Shown here piece after piece: positions 18,804 to 27,040 of a stretch of 64,000 nt of DNA (its first letter is position 1; each line of letters opens with the position of its first letter). The stretch is from Roseovarius sp. GTDB taxonomy: Bacteria > Pseudomonadota > Alphaproteobacteria > Rhodobacterales > Rhodobacteraceae. The notes below the pieces were generated by a model that did not search any database, was not told where the DNA came from, and was given only the letters and a program-made list of their open reading frames with translations. The stretch lies in assembly GCF_048262375.1 (NCBI RefSeq), contig NZ_JBLXFE010000017.1, positions 581-64,580 of the forward strand, written 5' to 3'. The translations under genes and the position numbers were made by a program.

Positions 18804-21044
18804 TCAGAGAAAGGTCACGAATTTATCGAACGGCATTTCGCGCAGGCGTTGGCCGGTGGCGGCAAAGATCGCATTGGCCAGCGCCGGGGCGGCGGGGGGC
18901 ACCGGTGGCTCTCCGATGCCTCTGATTTTGGGGCCGTTTTCCAGACCGCGCACGATGATTTCGGGGCATTGATAGAGGCGAAGGCTTTGGAATGTATCGA
19001 AATTCTGTTGCGCCGCCACGCCATCTGCATAGGTGATTTGCGCATGTATCGCATGTCCCAGACCAAAGATCACGCCGCCTTTGACGAGCCCCTCAAAGTT
19101 GACAGGATCAATGATTCGGCCCACCTCGGCGGCGACAAAGACGCGGTCGAGCCGCAGGCCGTCTTGGGTGTCGGTCACGTCGATCACTTGGGCGCAGGGC
19201 ACGCCGAAGGACAGGCAAAAGGCCAGACCCCGGCCTTGGCCGGGGGCAGGCGGGCCGCCCCAGTTCGACATCTCGCCCACCGCTTCCAGCACCTTGCGGG
19301 AGGGGGCGTGGTTGCACAGGCGCAGGCGCTCGGCCAAGGGATCGGCCCCTGCGGCGTGGATCAGCTCGTCGAACAGGCTCTCATGAAAAAACCCGTTTGA
19401 GGACGCCCCGACCGAGCGCCAGGACGAGATCGGCATCAGCTCCGGCGCGCGGTAGCCGGTGACGCGATAATCTGGAATATCAAAGGGTTGATCCCAGGCC
19501 CCGGCCACGATTTGCAGATCCGGCCCCGGAGTTGGAATGCCCTGACGCCCCATCTGCGAGGCGAGGATTGACGGCATGGCGATACCGAGGTCATAGGCCG
19601 CGACCTGTCCATCCACCACGCGCCCTCGCCCCCGCGCCATGGCAATCTGGCGGGGAAAATCGTGGGTCATGTCCTCTTCACGGGAATACGTCAGTTTCAC
19701 CGGCCTGCCGGGCAATTCCATCGCGATGCGGGTGGCGTGGCGTGTCACCTCATCTTCGAGCCGGTGGCCAAAGCTGCCGCCGATCATCTGGGCGTGAACG
19801 TGAATGGCGCTGACCTCGAGGTTTGTAAGGTTTGCCACGTTGTTTTGTACAAAACGCGGCACCTGCGTTCCGGTCCAGATATCGACGCGCTCGGGCATGT
19901 AGAGCACGGTGGCGTTGAGCGGCTCCAAGGGCGCATGCGCGAGGTAGGGCGCGCGGTATTCGACCTCAAGATCGGCGCCGTTCTTGAGAGCGGAGTCCAC
20001 ATCGCCCTCGTTGCGGAATTGGCTGTCGCGCCGGTCGTGGGTGAAGCTGTCGGCGAGGGTCTGCCAATGGGCATCCATCTTGGGGGGATAGGGGGCGGGG
20101 CCCCAGTCAACGGTGATGGCTGCAACCGCCTGCATGGCGCGCCATGTGGTGTCGGCGATGACCGCAACGCCGTCGGGCAATTCGACCACCTTGATCACGC
20201 CGCGCATGGCGCGGGCCTCGGTCGCGTCATGGCTGAGGCGTGTGCCGCCAATCGCCGGGTTGAGGCGCAGCGCGGCATAGGCCATGTCGGGCAGGGTTAC
20301 GTCGATGCCATAGGTCTGCGTGCCGGTGGATTTGGCGGAAATGTCGATTCGCTGCATCGGTTGGCCGATCAAGCGCCAGTCCGACGGGGCACGCAAGGTC
20401 ACGTCGGTGATGGGATCGGTGCGGGCCGCCTCGGCGGCAAGGCTCTGATAGCTGAGGCGGGTGCCATCGGGCAGGATCACCGCGCCGTGTTCGGTGCGCA
20501 GGTCCGCGCGCGCAACACCGTGCAGCCGGGCGGCGGTCGCCTTGAGCGTTTCACGCGCCACCGCCCCGGCATGGCGGAGTTTGTCAAAGCCATCCGGTAC
20601 AGTGGTGGAGCCGCCGGTGATCTGCAGGCCCAGAAACTTTACCGGGGCATCGGCAAGGCTGCGGGTGGTTTCGGCCAGCCAGCTGTCATCGGTGGCACGG
20701 AAGGGCACAGCATCGCCCGACAGGGCAGTGTTGTAATAGGCGGGGCTGGGAGGGCCGGGGTCGGTTTCGATCTGGTCGAGATCCACATCGAGCTCCTCGG
20801 CGATCAATGCGGCCTGCACCGAGGTGGCCCCTTGGCCCTTGTCGGCGCGCGGCGTGATTAGGGTGATCGTGTCGGCGGTTATCAGCACATAAGGGGTAAG
20901 CGCCGCCGCCCCTTGGGGCAGGTGATCCAACAGGGGATTGGCATAGGGTGTCTTGTAGCGCCAGACGCCAAAGGCCACGCCCCCTGCGATGGCGACAGAG
21001 CCGGCAAGGAAACTGCGGCGGGCGATGGTTTTTGCGCGCCCCAT
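18804..21044 (-). CDS. Molybdopterin-binding subunit, isoquinoline 1-oxidoreductase beta (IorB)-like
   Basis: N-terminal Tat-like IARRSFL, DKGQGATS, HAPLEPLNAT, GGSFGHR, WRSVG and GIGEPPVPP. Start at ATG 21044. Confidence 0.9.
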   Translation of the reverse strand: MGRAKTIARRSFLAGSVAIAGGVAFGVWRYKTPYANPLLDHLPQGAAALTPYVLITADTITLITPRADKGQGATSVQAALIAEELDVDLDQIETDPGPPSPAYYNTALSGDAVPFRATDDSWLAETTRSLADAPVKFLGLQITGGSTTVPDGFDKLRHAGAVARETLKATAARLHGVARADLRTEHGAVILPDGTRLSYQSLAAEAARTDPITDVTLRAPSDWRLIGQPMQRIDISAKSTGTQTYGIDVTLPDMAYAALRLNPAIGGTRLSHDATEARAMRGVIKVVELPDGVAVIADTTWRAMQAVAAITVDWGPAPYPPKMDAHWQTLADSFTHDRRDSQFRNEGDVDSALKNGADLEVEYRAPYLAHAPLEPLNATVLYMPERVDIWTGTQVPRFVQNNVANLTNLEVSAIHVHAQMIGGSFGHRLEDEVTRHATRIAMELPGRPVKLTYSREEDMTHDFPRQIAMARGRGRVVDGQVAAYDLGIAMPSILASQMGRQGIPTPGPDLQIVAGAWDQPFDIPDYRVTGYRAPELMPISSWRSVGASSNGFFHESLFDELIHAAGADPLAERLRLCNHAPSRKVLEAVGEMSNWGGPPAPGQGRGLAFCLSFGVPCAQVIDVTDTQDGLRLDRVFVAAEVGRIIDPVNFEGLVKGGVIFGLGHAIHAQITYADGVAAQQNFDTFQSLRLYQCPEIIVRGLENGPKIRGIGEPPVPPAAPALANAIFAATGQRLREMPFDKFVTFL

Positions 21045-21046
21045 GA

Positions 21047-21508
21047 TCAGGTGCCTTTCAGGCTGCGCGCGGCGGTTTTCACCGCCTCGCGGATCCGCGG
21101 GTAGGTGCCGCATCGGCAGAGGTTGCCAGACATGGCCTCGTCAATCTCGGTGTCGGAGGGATCGGGAGTGTCGGATAAAAGGCTGACGGCCTGCATGATC
21201 TGGCCAGACTGGCAATAGCCGCATTGCGCCACCTGATGCGCGATCCATGCCGCCTGAACGGGATGCGGCGCATCGGGCGTGCCCAGCCCCTCGATGGTGG
21301 TCACAGCCCCCCAGACATCGCCCACGGTCACCTGACAGGAACGGGTGGCGATCCCGTCGATATGCACCGTGCAGGCACCGCATTGGCCAATGCCGCAGCC
21401 GTATTTCGAACCCGTGAGCCCCAGCACATCGCGCAGCGCCCACAGGAGCGGCATGTCGGGTTCGAGATCTTCGAGAGCATGGTCGATTCCGTTGACGGTG
21501 AGTTGCAC
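21047..21508 (-). CDS. (2Fe-2S)-binding subunit, IorA-like
   Basis: [25 protein letters not shown] and NLCRCGTY. Confidence 0.95.
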   Translation of the reverse strand: MQLTVNGIDHALEDLEPDMPLLWALRDVLGLTGSKYGCGIGQCGACTVHIDGIATRSCQVTVGDVWGAVTTIEGLGTPDAPHPVQAAWIAHQVAQCGYCQSGQIMQAVSLLSDTPDPSDTEIDEAMSGNLCRCGTYPRIREAVKTAARSLKGT

Positions 21509-21545
21509 GCGCAGCCCTTTTTGCAGCCTCTAGGGGAGAATAATA

Positions 21546-21562
21546 AACTGAACGGTTCACTT
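21546..21562. promoter_or_regulatory. Palindrome AAcTGAAC-G-GTTCAcTT upstream of the iorA-like gene (TetR-type operator candidate)
   Basis: Perfect core TGAAC-N-GTTCA at 21549-21559, in an AT-rich patch of the divergent intergenic region. Confidence 0.45.
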
Positions 21563-21646
21563 GTCCAGATGGCATGGCAATTGCTGTTTCACTCGGGCGT
21601 AAAGACCGTATAGTGGGGGGCAATGATCCAAGAGGCCGGGAAACGG

Positions 21647-22522
21647 ATGCAGGTTGTCATTCACGCAGGCGCCCATCACACCGACGAGGACAGGCTGATC
21701 AATTGCCTGTTCGCAAATCGCAAGATGTTGGCCGACCATGGCACCAATGTGCCCGATCCGCAGCGCTATCGCCGTCTTGTGCGGGATATTCTGCATCAGG
21801 CGCAGGATACTGGTCTGGCGCCGGATGCGCGCGACATATTGGTCGATGCGATCAGCAACGAAGGGGCGGTGGATCGCCTTGTGCTGTCCAATCCGGGATT
21901 TTTTGGGACGCCCAAGATGGCGGTGGGCGGCGGTGTGTTCTATGGGGCGGCCGAACATCGGCTCAATCTCTTTCGACAACTGTTTCCGGATGATCATCTC
22001 GAACTTTTCATCGGGGTGGTCAGTCCCGCAACTTTTCTGCCTCCGCTGCTCAAGCAGACGGAATTCGATACCGTCGAGGCTCTGTTGCGGGGGTATGAGG
22101 CGATCCATCTGCGCTGGTCCGAGTTGATCACGCGCGTTCGCACCCATCACCCCGACATTCCTGTCACAGTCTGGTGCAACGAGGATACGCCCCTGATCTG
22201 GAGCCAGGTGGTGCGCGAATTGGCCGGGATCGACCCCACGGTGCAATTCGAGGGTGAATTCAGCCTGATCCAAGAAATCATGACCCCGACGGGACAGGAG
22301 CGGTTTCGCAGCTATCTGGCCTCACGCCCCGGTCTGACCGAGGTGCAGAAACGTCGCGTTGTGGCCGCGTTCCTTGGTAAATTCGCCGATGAGGCCGCCA
22401 TTGAGGAAGAACTGGACGTGCCCGGCTGGACCGATGCGGTGGTGGGTACGCTGACCGAGCTCTATGACGAGGACATGTTTGCGATAGAGCGGTTGGAAGG
22501 TGTGCAGGTCATTACCCCCTGA
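21647..22522 (+). CDS. Hypothetical protein with a degenerate sulfotransferase/P-loop-like N-terminus
   Basis: MQVVIHAGAHHTDEDRL resembles the H[AI]GxHKTG[ST] start of bacterial sulfotransferase-like proteins. ATG 21647 has an RBS; the track start is 21623. Confidence 0.65.
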   Translation: MQVVIHAGAHHTDEDRLINCLFANRKMLADHGTNVPDPQRYRRLVRDILHQAQDTGLAPDARDILVDAISNEGAVDRLVLSNPGFFGTPKMAVGGGVFYGAAEHRLNLFRQLFPDDHLELFIGVVSPATFLPPLLKQTEFDTVEALLRGYEAIHLRWSELITRVRTHHPDIPVTVWCNEDTPLIWSQVVRELAGIDPTVQFEGEFSLIQEIMTPTGQERFRSYLASRPGLTEVQKRRVVAAFLGKFADEAAIEEELDVPGWTDAVVGTLTELYDEDMFAIERLEGVQVITP

Positions 22523-22549
22523 ACGGGCGCGATCGGGTGAGAATTTCGC

Positions 22550-22578
22550 TTGCAGTGCCGGAGCAGCTTGGCTAATCA
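22550..22578 (+). promoter_or_regulatory. Putative sigma70 promoter of tRNA-Thr
   Basis: TTGCAG (22550-22555), 17-bp spacer, TAATCA (22573-22578), then a GC-rich discriminator before the tRNA. Confidence 0.55.
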
Positions 22579-22587
22579 GGCGCCCAA

Positions 22588-22663
22588 GCCCCTATAGCTC
22601 AGCTGGTAGAGCAACTGATTTGTAATCAGTAGGTCCGCGGTTCGAGTCCGTGTGGGGGCACCA
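22588..22663 (+). tRNA. tRNA-Thr(TGT)
   Basis: GCCCCTATAGCTCAGCTGGTAGAGCAACTGATTTGTAATCAGTAGGTCCGCGGTTCGAGTCCGTGTGGGGGCACCA: anticodon TGT, GTTCGAG T-loop, encoded CCA. Confidence 0.97.
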
Positions 22664-22729
22664 TTGGATTTCTCAGATACCTAAGTTTCGTTGGCTTTCA
22701 GGCTCTTAGCTCCTCGCGATGTTGCGATT

Positions 22730-22750
22730 TCGCACACATTATCGCACACA
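22730..22750 (+). repeat. Direct repeat TCGCACACA x2 (12-bp period), candidate integrase arm-type sites
   Basis: Copies at 22730-22738 and 22742-22750, between the tRNA and the integrase-like ORF. Confidence 0.55.
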
Positions 22751-22776
22751 GGACGCTCATATTCACAGCCATCACA

Positions 22777-23304
22777 ATGAAACTCAAGCACCTCACCGCC
22801 CTCAAGAACGGCTCAATCAAGTTCCGCAGAAGGTTCCCTATCGACGTCTATCAGGCGTCCGGGAAACAGTTCTTCGCGATCACGATGAAGAACTCGGACG
22901 CGGCGACTGTCAATTTCCACAAGGAATATGAAGCGCTGATGCGCGAGTGGCAGTCCTTGGTTGACACCTATAGGGCGCGAAAGGGTTCCGAGGTTAGGTC
23001 ACTCGAAGAACGATACAGGGACGCCCTTAGGCAACGCACAGAGTTTCTGACCGGGGTGACGGGTCCCGAAGAAAGCGAGGCGCGCGACCTCATGCTCGAA
23101 CAGATGGGACCGACGCTGGCCCCTTTGGTCCGTAGCGTCCTGAACCTCCGATTACCTCGATCGCGAAGCATCCACATTTCGTGCATCGGGGCCTATCCGG
23201 CGCATGAGTTCCCAACCTCTCAATCTCTGGAAATAGATAGCGAAAACAGGGAAGTCGGTTATGGGGCTGGAAGGGGTAGGAATGGGCAGGAATGGGCAGG
23301 TTAG
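22777..23304 (+). pseudogene. Truncated tyrosine-recombinase/integrase (N-terminal domain only)
   Basis: MKLKHLTALKNGSIKFRRRFPIDV... resembles the N-terminal 'YxYRRRVP' DNA-binding domain of tRNA-associated integrases (DUF6538-like). After about residue 123 the frame becomes non-protein-like. No catalytic R-H-R-Y residues. Confidence 0.55.
23263..23300 (+). repeat. G-rich tract with tandem GGAATGGGCA x2; matches the canonical G-quadruplex pattern
   Basis: GGGG-CTGGAA-GGGG-TAGGAAT-GGG-CAGGAAT-GGG at 23263-23296. Confidence 0.4.
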
Positions 23305-23394
23305 CGGTTTTGGTTCTGAAACTCTGCACTTTCGCGGGCATATGACTTATGCTTCACCTAGCCAGAGTGCTGAATCATCAAACGAGAGGGTCCG

Positions 23395-25641
23395 ATGGCC
23401 GAGGGATTCACAAGAAAGACGGGCGTAACGTCAAGCCATTGGGGGGCGTTCGAGGTCGATGTCGAGGGCAATCGCATCGTTGCGACCCGCCCGTTTTCGC
23501 AAGATCCCCACCCCACGTCGATCCCGGATATCCTGCCTGCGGCGGTCCATCACCATACCCGGGTTCTGCGCCCCTCCATTCGGCGCGGCTGGCTAGAGGG
23601 CGGCGACCGCAAGGGGCGGGGGGCCGATAGCTTTGTAGAACTGCCTTGGGATGAGGCGCTTGATATTGCAGCGACCGAGATCGACCGGGTGCGCACCCGC
23701 CATGGCAACGAAGCGATGTTCGGCGGCTCTTACGGCTGGAGCTCGGCCGGGCGATTTCACCATGCACAAAGTCAGGTCCATCGGTTCTTGAATACGATTG
23801 GCGGCTATGTGGCCTCGTTTGGAAGCTATTCCACCGGCTGCGCTCAGGCGATCATGCCGCATGTCTTTGGCGTGAACTTTCTTAACCTTGTCTATGAGCA
23901 TCAGGACAGCTGGCAAACGCTTTGCGATCATACCGAAACTCTGGTCATGTTCGGGGGGATCAACCCAAAGAACGCTCAGGTGAGCATGGGCGGCATCACC
24001 GAACACGATACGGCGGGATGGTTTGACAGGTTCGCGCAAAAGGGCATGCGCTGTATCAATATCGGGCCGCAACGCACGGATGCACCAGACGGGTGTGAGT
24101 GGCTTGCCCTGCGCCCGGCTTCGGACACCGCGCTGATGCTGGCCTTGGCATATGTGCTTGAGGATGAGGCGTTGACCGACAAGGCGTTCCTGTCGCGCTG
24201 CACGGTCGGGTTTGAACAGTTTCGCCCCTACCTGATGGGGCAGGTGGACGGCCATCCCAAAACGCCGGACTGGGCAAGCCCGCTGTGCGGGGTGGACGCA
24301 GAGACCATCCGGACCCTTGCACGCCGTATGGCGCGCACCCGTACGCTGATTACCGTGGCGTGGTCGCTGCAACGGGGCCAGCATGGTGAACAGCCCTATT
24401 GGATGTCCGCCGTGTTGGCCGCGATGCTGGGTCAGATCGGGCTGCCGGGGGGTGGGGTCGGCTATGGCTACGGCGCTATTGGCGGGGTCGGAAAATCCCT
24501 GATGGGGCTCAGGGGTATGACGTTCTCACAACATCAAAACCCGGTCGGCACGGTGATCCCGGTGGCGCGGATCGGGGACATGCTGCGCAGTCCCGGGCAG
24601 CTTTATGATTTCAACGGCAAACGCGCGCCATACCCGGATATCAGGCTGATCTATTGGGCCGGTGGCAATCCGTTCCACCATCATCAGGACCTCAACAGCC
24701 TGCATGACGCGTGGCAAAAGCCCGAGACGATCATTGTCAACGAGCCGTGGTGGACTGCGACCGCCAAGCGCGCCGATATCGTATTTCCTGCGACAACCCC
24801 CTATGAGCGCGAAGATATCGGGCGCTCGAACCTCGACGACTATCTGTTCTACATGCCGCAGCTGATTCCGCCCGTGGGCGAGGCTCGTGATGATTACGAC
24901 ATCTTCACAGGGCTGGCGCGCCGCCTTGGATGTGAAGATGCCTATACCGAAGGCCGCAGGGCGCAAGAGTGGATAGAGCATCTTTACTCGGACTATCGGC
25001 GCAGCGCTGCCGAGCAGGGGGTGGAGCTTCCCGAGCTTGAAACTCTGAAAGAGCGGAACTGGGTCCGGCTGCCTATCCAGATTGAAGGGCCAAACCGAAC
25101 CCTGTTCGCGCCGTTTCGCGAAGATCCGGACGGCGCGCCACTGGCAACGCCATCCGGCAAGATCGAAATCTTTTCCCAGACGATTGCAGGTTTCGGATAT
25201 GACGATTGTCGCGGCCATCCGGTCTGGCTTCCGCCAGACGAATGGCTTGGTACGGCAAGCGCGGCTTCTCCGTTGCATCTCGTGTCACCACAGCCGGGCG
25301 ACAAGTTGCACAGCCAGATGGAAAGCGCGCTTGCGGATGTTCCGGGCGCGCGGCCGGTCGAGATCGTGATTCATCCCGACACGGCCTCACAGCGGGGCAT
25401 CCAGAGCGGCGACCTCGTGCGCGTCTTTAATGCGCGAGGCGCATGCCGGGCGCGCGCTCGGGTTTCAGAGGATATCGGGCCGGGTGTAGTGGCCTTGCCA
25501 ACGGGGGCTTGGTTTGGAGATCCCGGCCTTAACATTGATCCGCATGGGAATCCCAATGTCCTGACCCTTGATGTTGGCACCTCGCGGCTGGGGCAGGGGT
25601 GCAGCGCGCACACCGCCTTGGTTGAGGTGGCACGCCTCTAG
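23395..25641 (+). CDS. Cytoplasmic DMSO-reductase-family molybdoenzyme (BisC-like S-/N-oxide reductase)
   Basis: SSHWGAF, GGSYGWSSAGRFHH, SYSTGCAQ (Ser Mo ligand), YWAGGNPF, TAKRADIVFPATT, LHSQ and GNPNVLT. No Tat signal and no N-terminal Fe-S cysteines. Confidence 0.9.
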   Translation: MAEGFTRKTGVTSSHWGAFEVDVEGNRIVATRPFSQDPHPTSIPDILPAAVHHHTRVLRPSIRRGWLEGGDRKGRGADSFVELPWDEALDIAATEIDRVRTRHGNEAMFGGSYGWSSAGRFHHAQSQVHRFLNTIGGYVASFGSYSTGCAQAIMPHVFGVNFLNLVYEHQDSWQTLCDHTETLVMFGGINPKNAQVSMGGITEHDTAGWFDRFAQKGMRCINIGPQRTDAPDGCEWLALRPASDTALMLALAYVLEDEALTDKAFLSRCTVGFEQFRPYLMGQVDGHPKTPDWASPLCGVDAETIRTLARRMARTRTLITVAWSLQRGQHGEQPYWMSAVLAAMLGQIGLPGGGVGYGYGAIGGVGKSLMGLRGMTFSQHQNPVGTVIPVARIGDMLRSPGQLYDFNGKRAPYPDIRLIYWAGGNPFHHHQDLNSLHDAWQKPETIIVNEPWWTATAKRADIVFPATTPYEREDIGRSNLDDYLFYMPQLIPPVGEARDDYDIFTGLARRLGCEDAYTEGRRAQEWIEHLYSDYRRSAAEQGVELPELETLKERNWVRLPIQIEGPNRTLFAPFREDPDGAPLATPSGKIEIFSQTIAGFGYDDCRGHPVWLPPDEWLGTASAASPLHLVSPQPGDKLHSQMESALADVPGARPVEIVIHPDTASQRGIQSGDLVRVFNARGACRARARVSEDIGPGVVALPTGAWFGDPGLNIDPHGNPNVLTLDVGTSRLGQGCSAHTALVEVARL

Positions 25642-25762
25642 CCGGGGGAGACGGTCAAAGACGCTGGAAACGGGCGGTGAAAAATGCTTTCATGACGCCG
25701 AGACTGGATATCGCGCGTGGCTTTCATTCTAAGTATCGCGCCGCCCCCATCGGAAAGTGACA

Positions 25763-26290
25763 ATGAACAAGACCCTCGATATGCGCGCCATACCCTATCA
25801 AAAGCCGCAGCCGACTGCGATGATCCCGGATGTGCTAGTCGGTGGTGCATTGGATCTTGACGCAAATCCCGAGAGCTGGATTCCGCAGGCCGAAAACGTC
25901 TGGTTCCGCCCGCTGCTGCTGAATGTGTCGGCTGGTTACTATGTCAATCTACTCAAGGTCCGCAAATCGGGAATCCTGTCGCGCCATCGCCATTCCGGAC
26001 CCGTTCATGCCTTTACGCTGCGCGGGGAATGGCATTATCTCGAGCATGACTGGGTGGCCCGGCCCGGCGACTATGCCTTTGAACCGCCGGGAGAAACCCA
26101 CACCCTGATCGTGCCCGAAGGCGTTGAGGAAATGGTCACGCTGTTTCACGTCACCGGCGGATATACCTATGTCGATCCCGAAGGCAACGCGCTTGGCTAT
26201 GAGGATGTTTTCACGAAACTCGACAAGGTGATCGAGCATTACGAGGCCTGCGGACTCGAGCGCAGCGGGGTTGACGCGCTGTTGCGCTGA
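25763..26290 (+). CDS. 2,4'-dihydroxyacetophenone dioxygenase-family cupin
   Basis: WIPQAENVWFRPLLL, SRHRHSGPVHAFTLRGEWHYLEHDW and EPPGETHTL (HxH...H cupin metal site). Confidence 0.85.
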   Translation: MNKTLDMRAIPYQKPQPTAMIPDVLVGGALDLDANPESWIPQAENVWFRPLLLNVSAGYYVNLLKVRKSGILSRHRHSGPVHAFTLRGEWHYLEHDWVARPGDYAFEPPGETHTLIVPEGVEEMVTLFHVTGGYTYVDPEGNALGYEDVFTKLDKVIEHYEACGLERSGVDALLR

Positions 26291-26394
26291 ACCGGCCAAA
26301 CCGACCGATATCGGCGCGGGATATCTTGGAGACAGTCGTGCGCCCGGCCGCAGGCGACGGGGTTGTTTTGTCTCGACTCTGAGCCTGATTTTAA

Positions 26395-26406
26395 TACCAT
26401 TTGGTA
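26395..26406. promoter_or_regulatory. Palindrome TACCA-TT-TGGTA upstream of marR (candidate auto-operator)
   Basis: Overlaps the putative -10 of TTGTCT(26368)-N18-TAATAC. A related site lies upstream of the SBP gene. Confidence 0.55.
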
Positions 26407-26433
26407 CTCTTAACGAATCATGTGGTTTTTAGA

Positions 26434-26955
26434 ATGAACATGTCGTCCGGTCAGGATTTTCAAGACGGAACAGCACCGCTTGAGCAACGGTTGATGCATC
26501 TTCTGGCCTGCAACGCGCTGGAAGAGATGTGGAGTTCCTTCTATCTTTCCAACATATTCCTGTTTCCGATCTATGCGCGATTTGAAGCCGAATATCAGAT
26601 CACGCGGCCGGAATTCGTGACCCTGTATTGCCTTCACCACCTCGGGCCACTCATCGCGCAAGAGGTCTCGGAATTGGCCGGTTTGCCTAAGAATTCGATA
26701 AGCAGGGGCGTGAAAAGGCTACTGTCCAAGGGGCTGATCGAAATGTCGCGCGACAGCGAAGATCGTCGGCGCAACAACCTGAAAATGTCGGCTGAGGGAC
26801 AGGGTCTTTTTGATACTCTGGTCGATTCGGCCAAGTGTCGACGCGCCAAGCTGATTGAACCGCTGACGTCGGCTGAACGGGCGATGCTGCACGAGTTGCT
26901 GATGAAGTTGTCCCGCGGGGCGCGCGCGCGGTTGCAGGATGAGACCGGGTTCTAA
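26434..26955 (+). CDS. MarR-family transcriptional regulator
   Basis: ITRPEFVTLYCL, ISRGVKRLLSKGLIEMSRDSEDRRRNNLKMSAEG (winged helix with DRR). Start at ATG 26434; the track uses TTG 26401. Confidence 0.92.
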   Translation: MNMSSGQDFQDGTAPLEQRLMHLLACNALEEMWSSFYLSNIFLFPIYARFEAEYQITRPEFVTLYCLHHLGPLIAQEVSELAGLPKNSISRGVKRLLSKGLIEMSRDSEDRRRNNLKMSAEGQGLFDTLVDSAKCRRAKLIEPLTSAERAMLHELLMKLSRGARARLQDETGF

Positions 26956-26985
26956 GGAGGCTTGACGGTTGATTTGTTTTCGAGG

Positions 26986-27005
26986 ATCGTACCACCTGGA
27001 ACGAT
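26986..27005. promoter_or_regulatory. 20-bp near-perfect palindrome ATCGTACCA-CC-TGGAACGAT upstream of the ABC operon
   Basis: One mismatch. Shares the TACCA-N2-TGG(T/A)A core with 26395-26406. Lies downstream of a TTGACG -35 at 26962. Confidence 0.6.
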
Positions 27006-27040
27006 AGGCGCGATAAGCGTCATCAACAGAGGAGGAAGAT

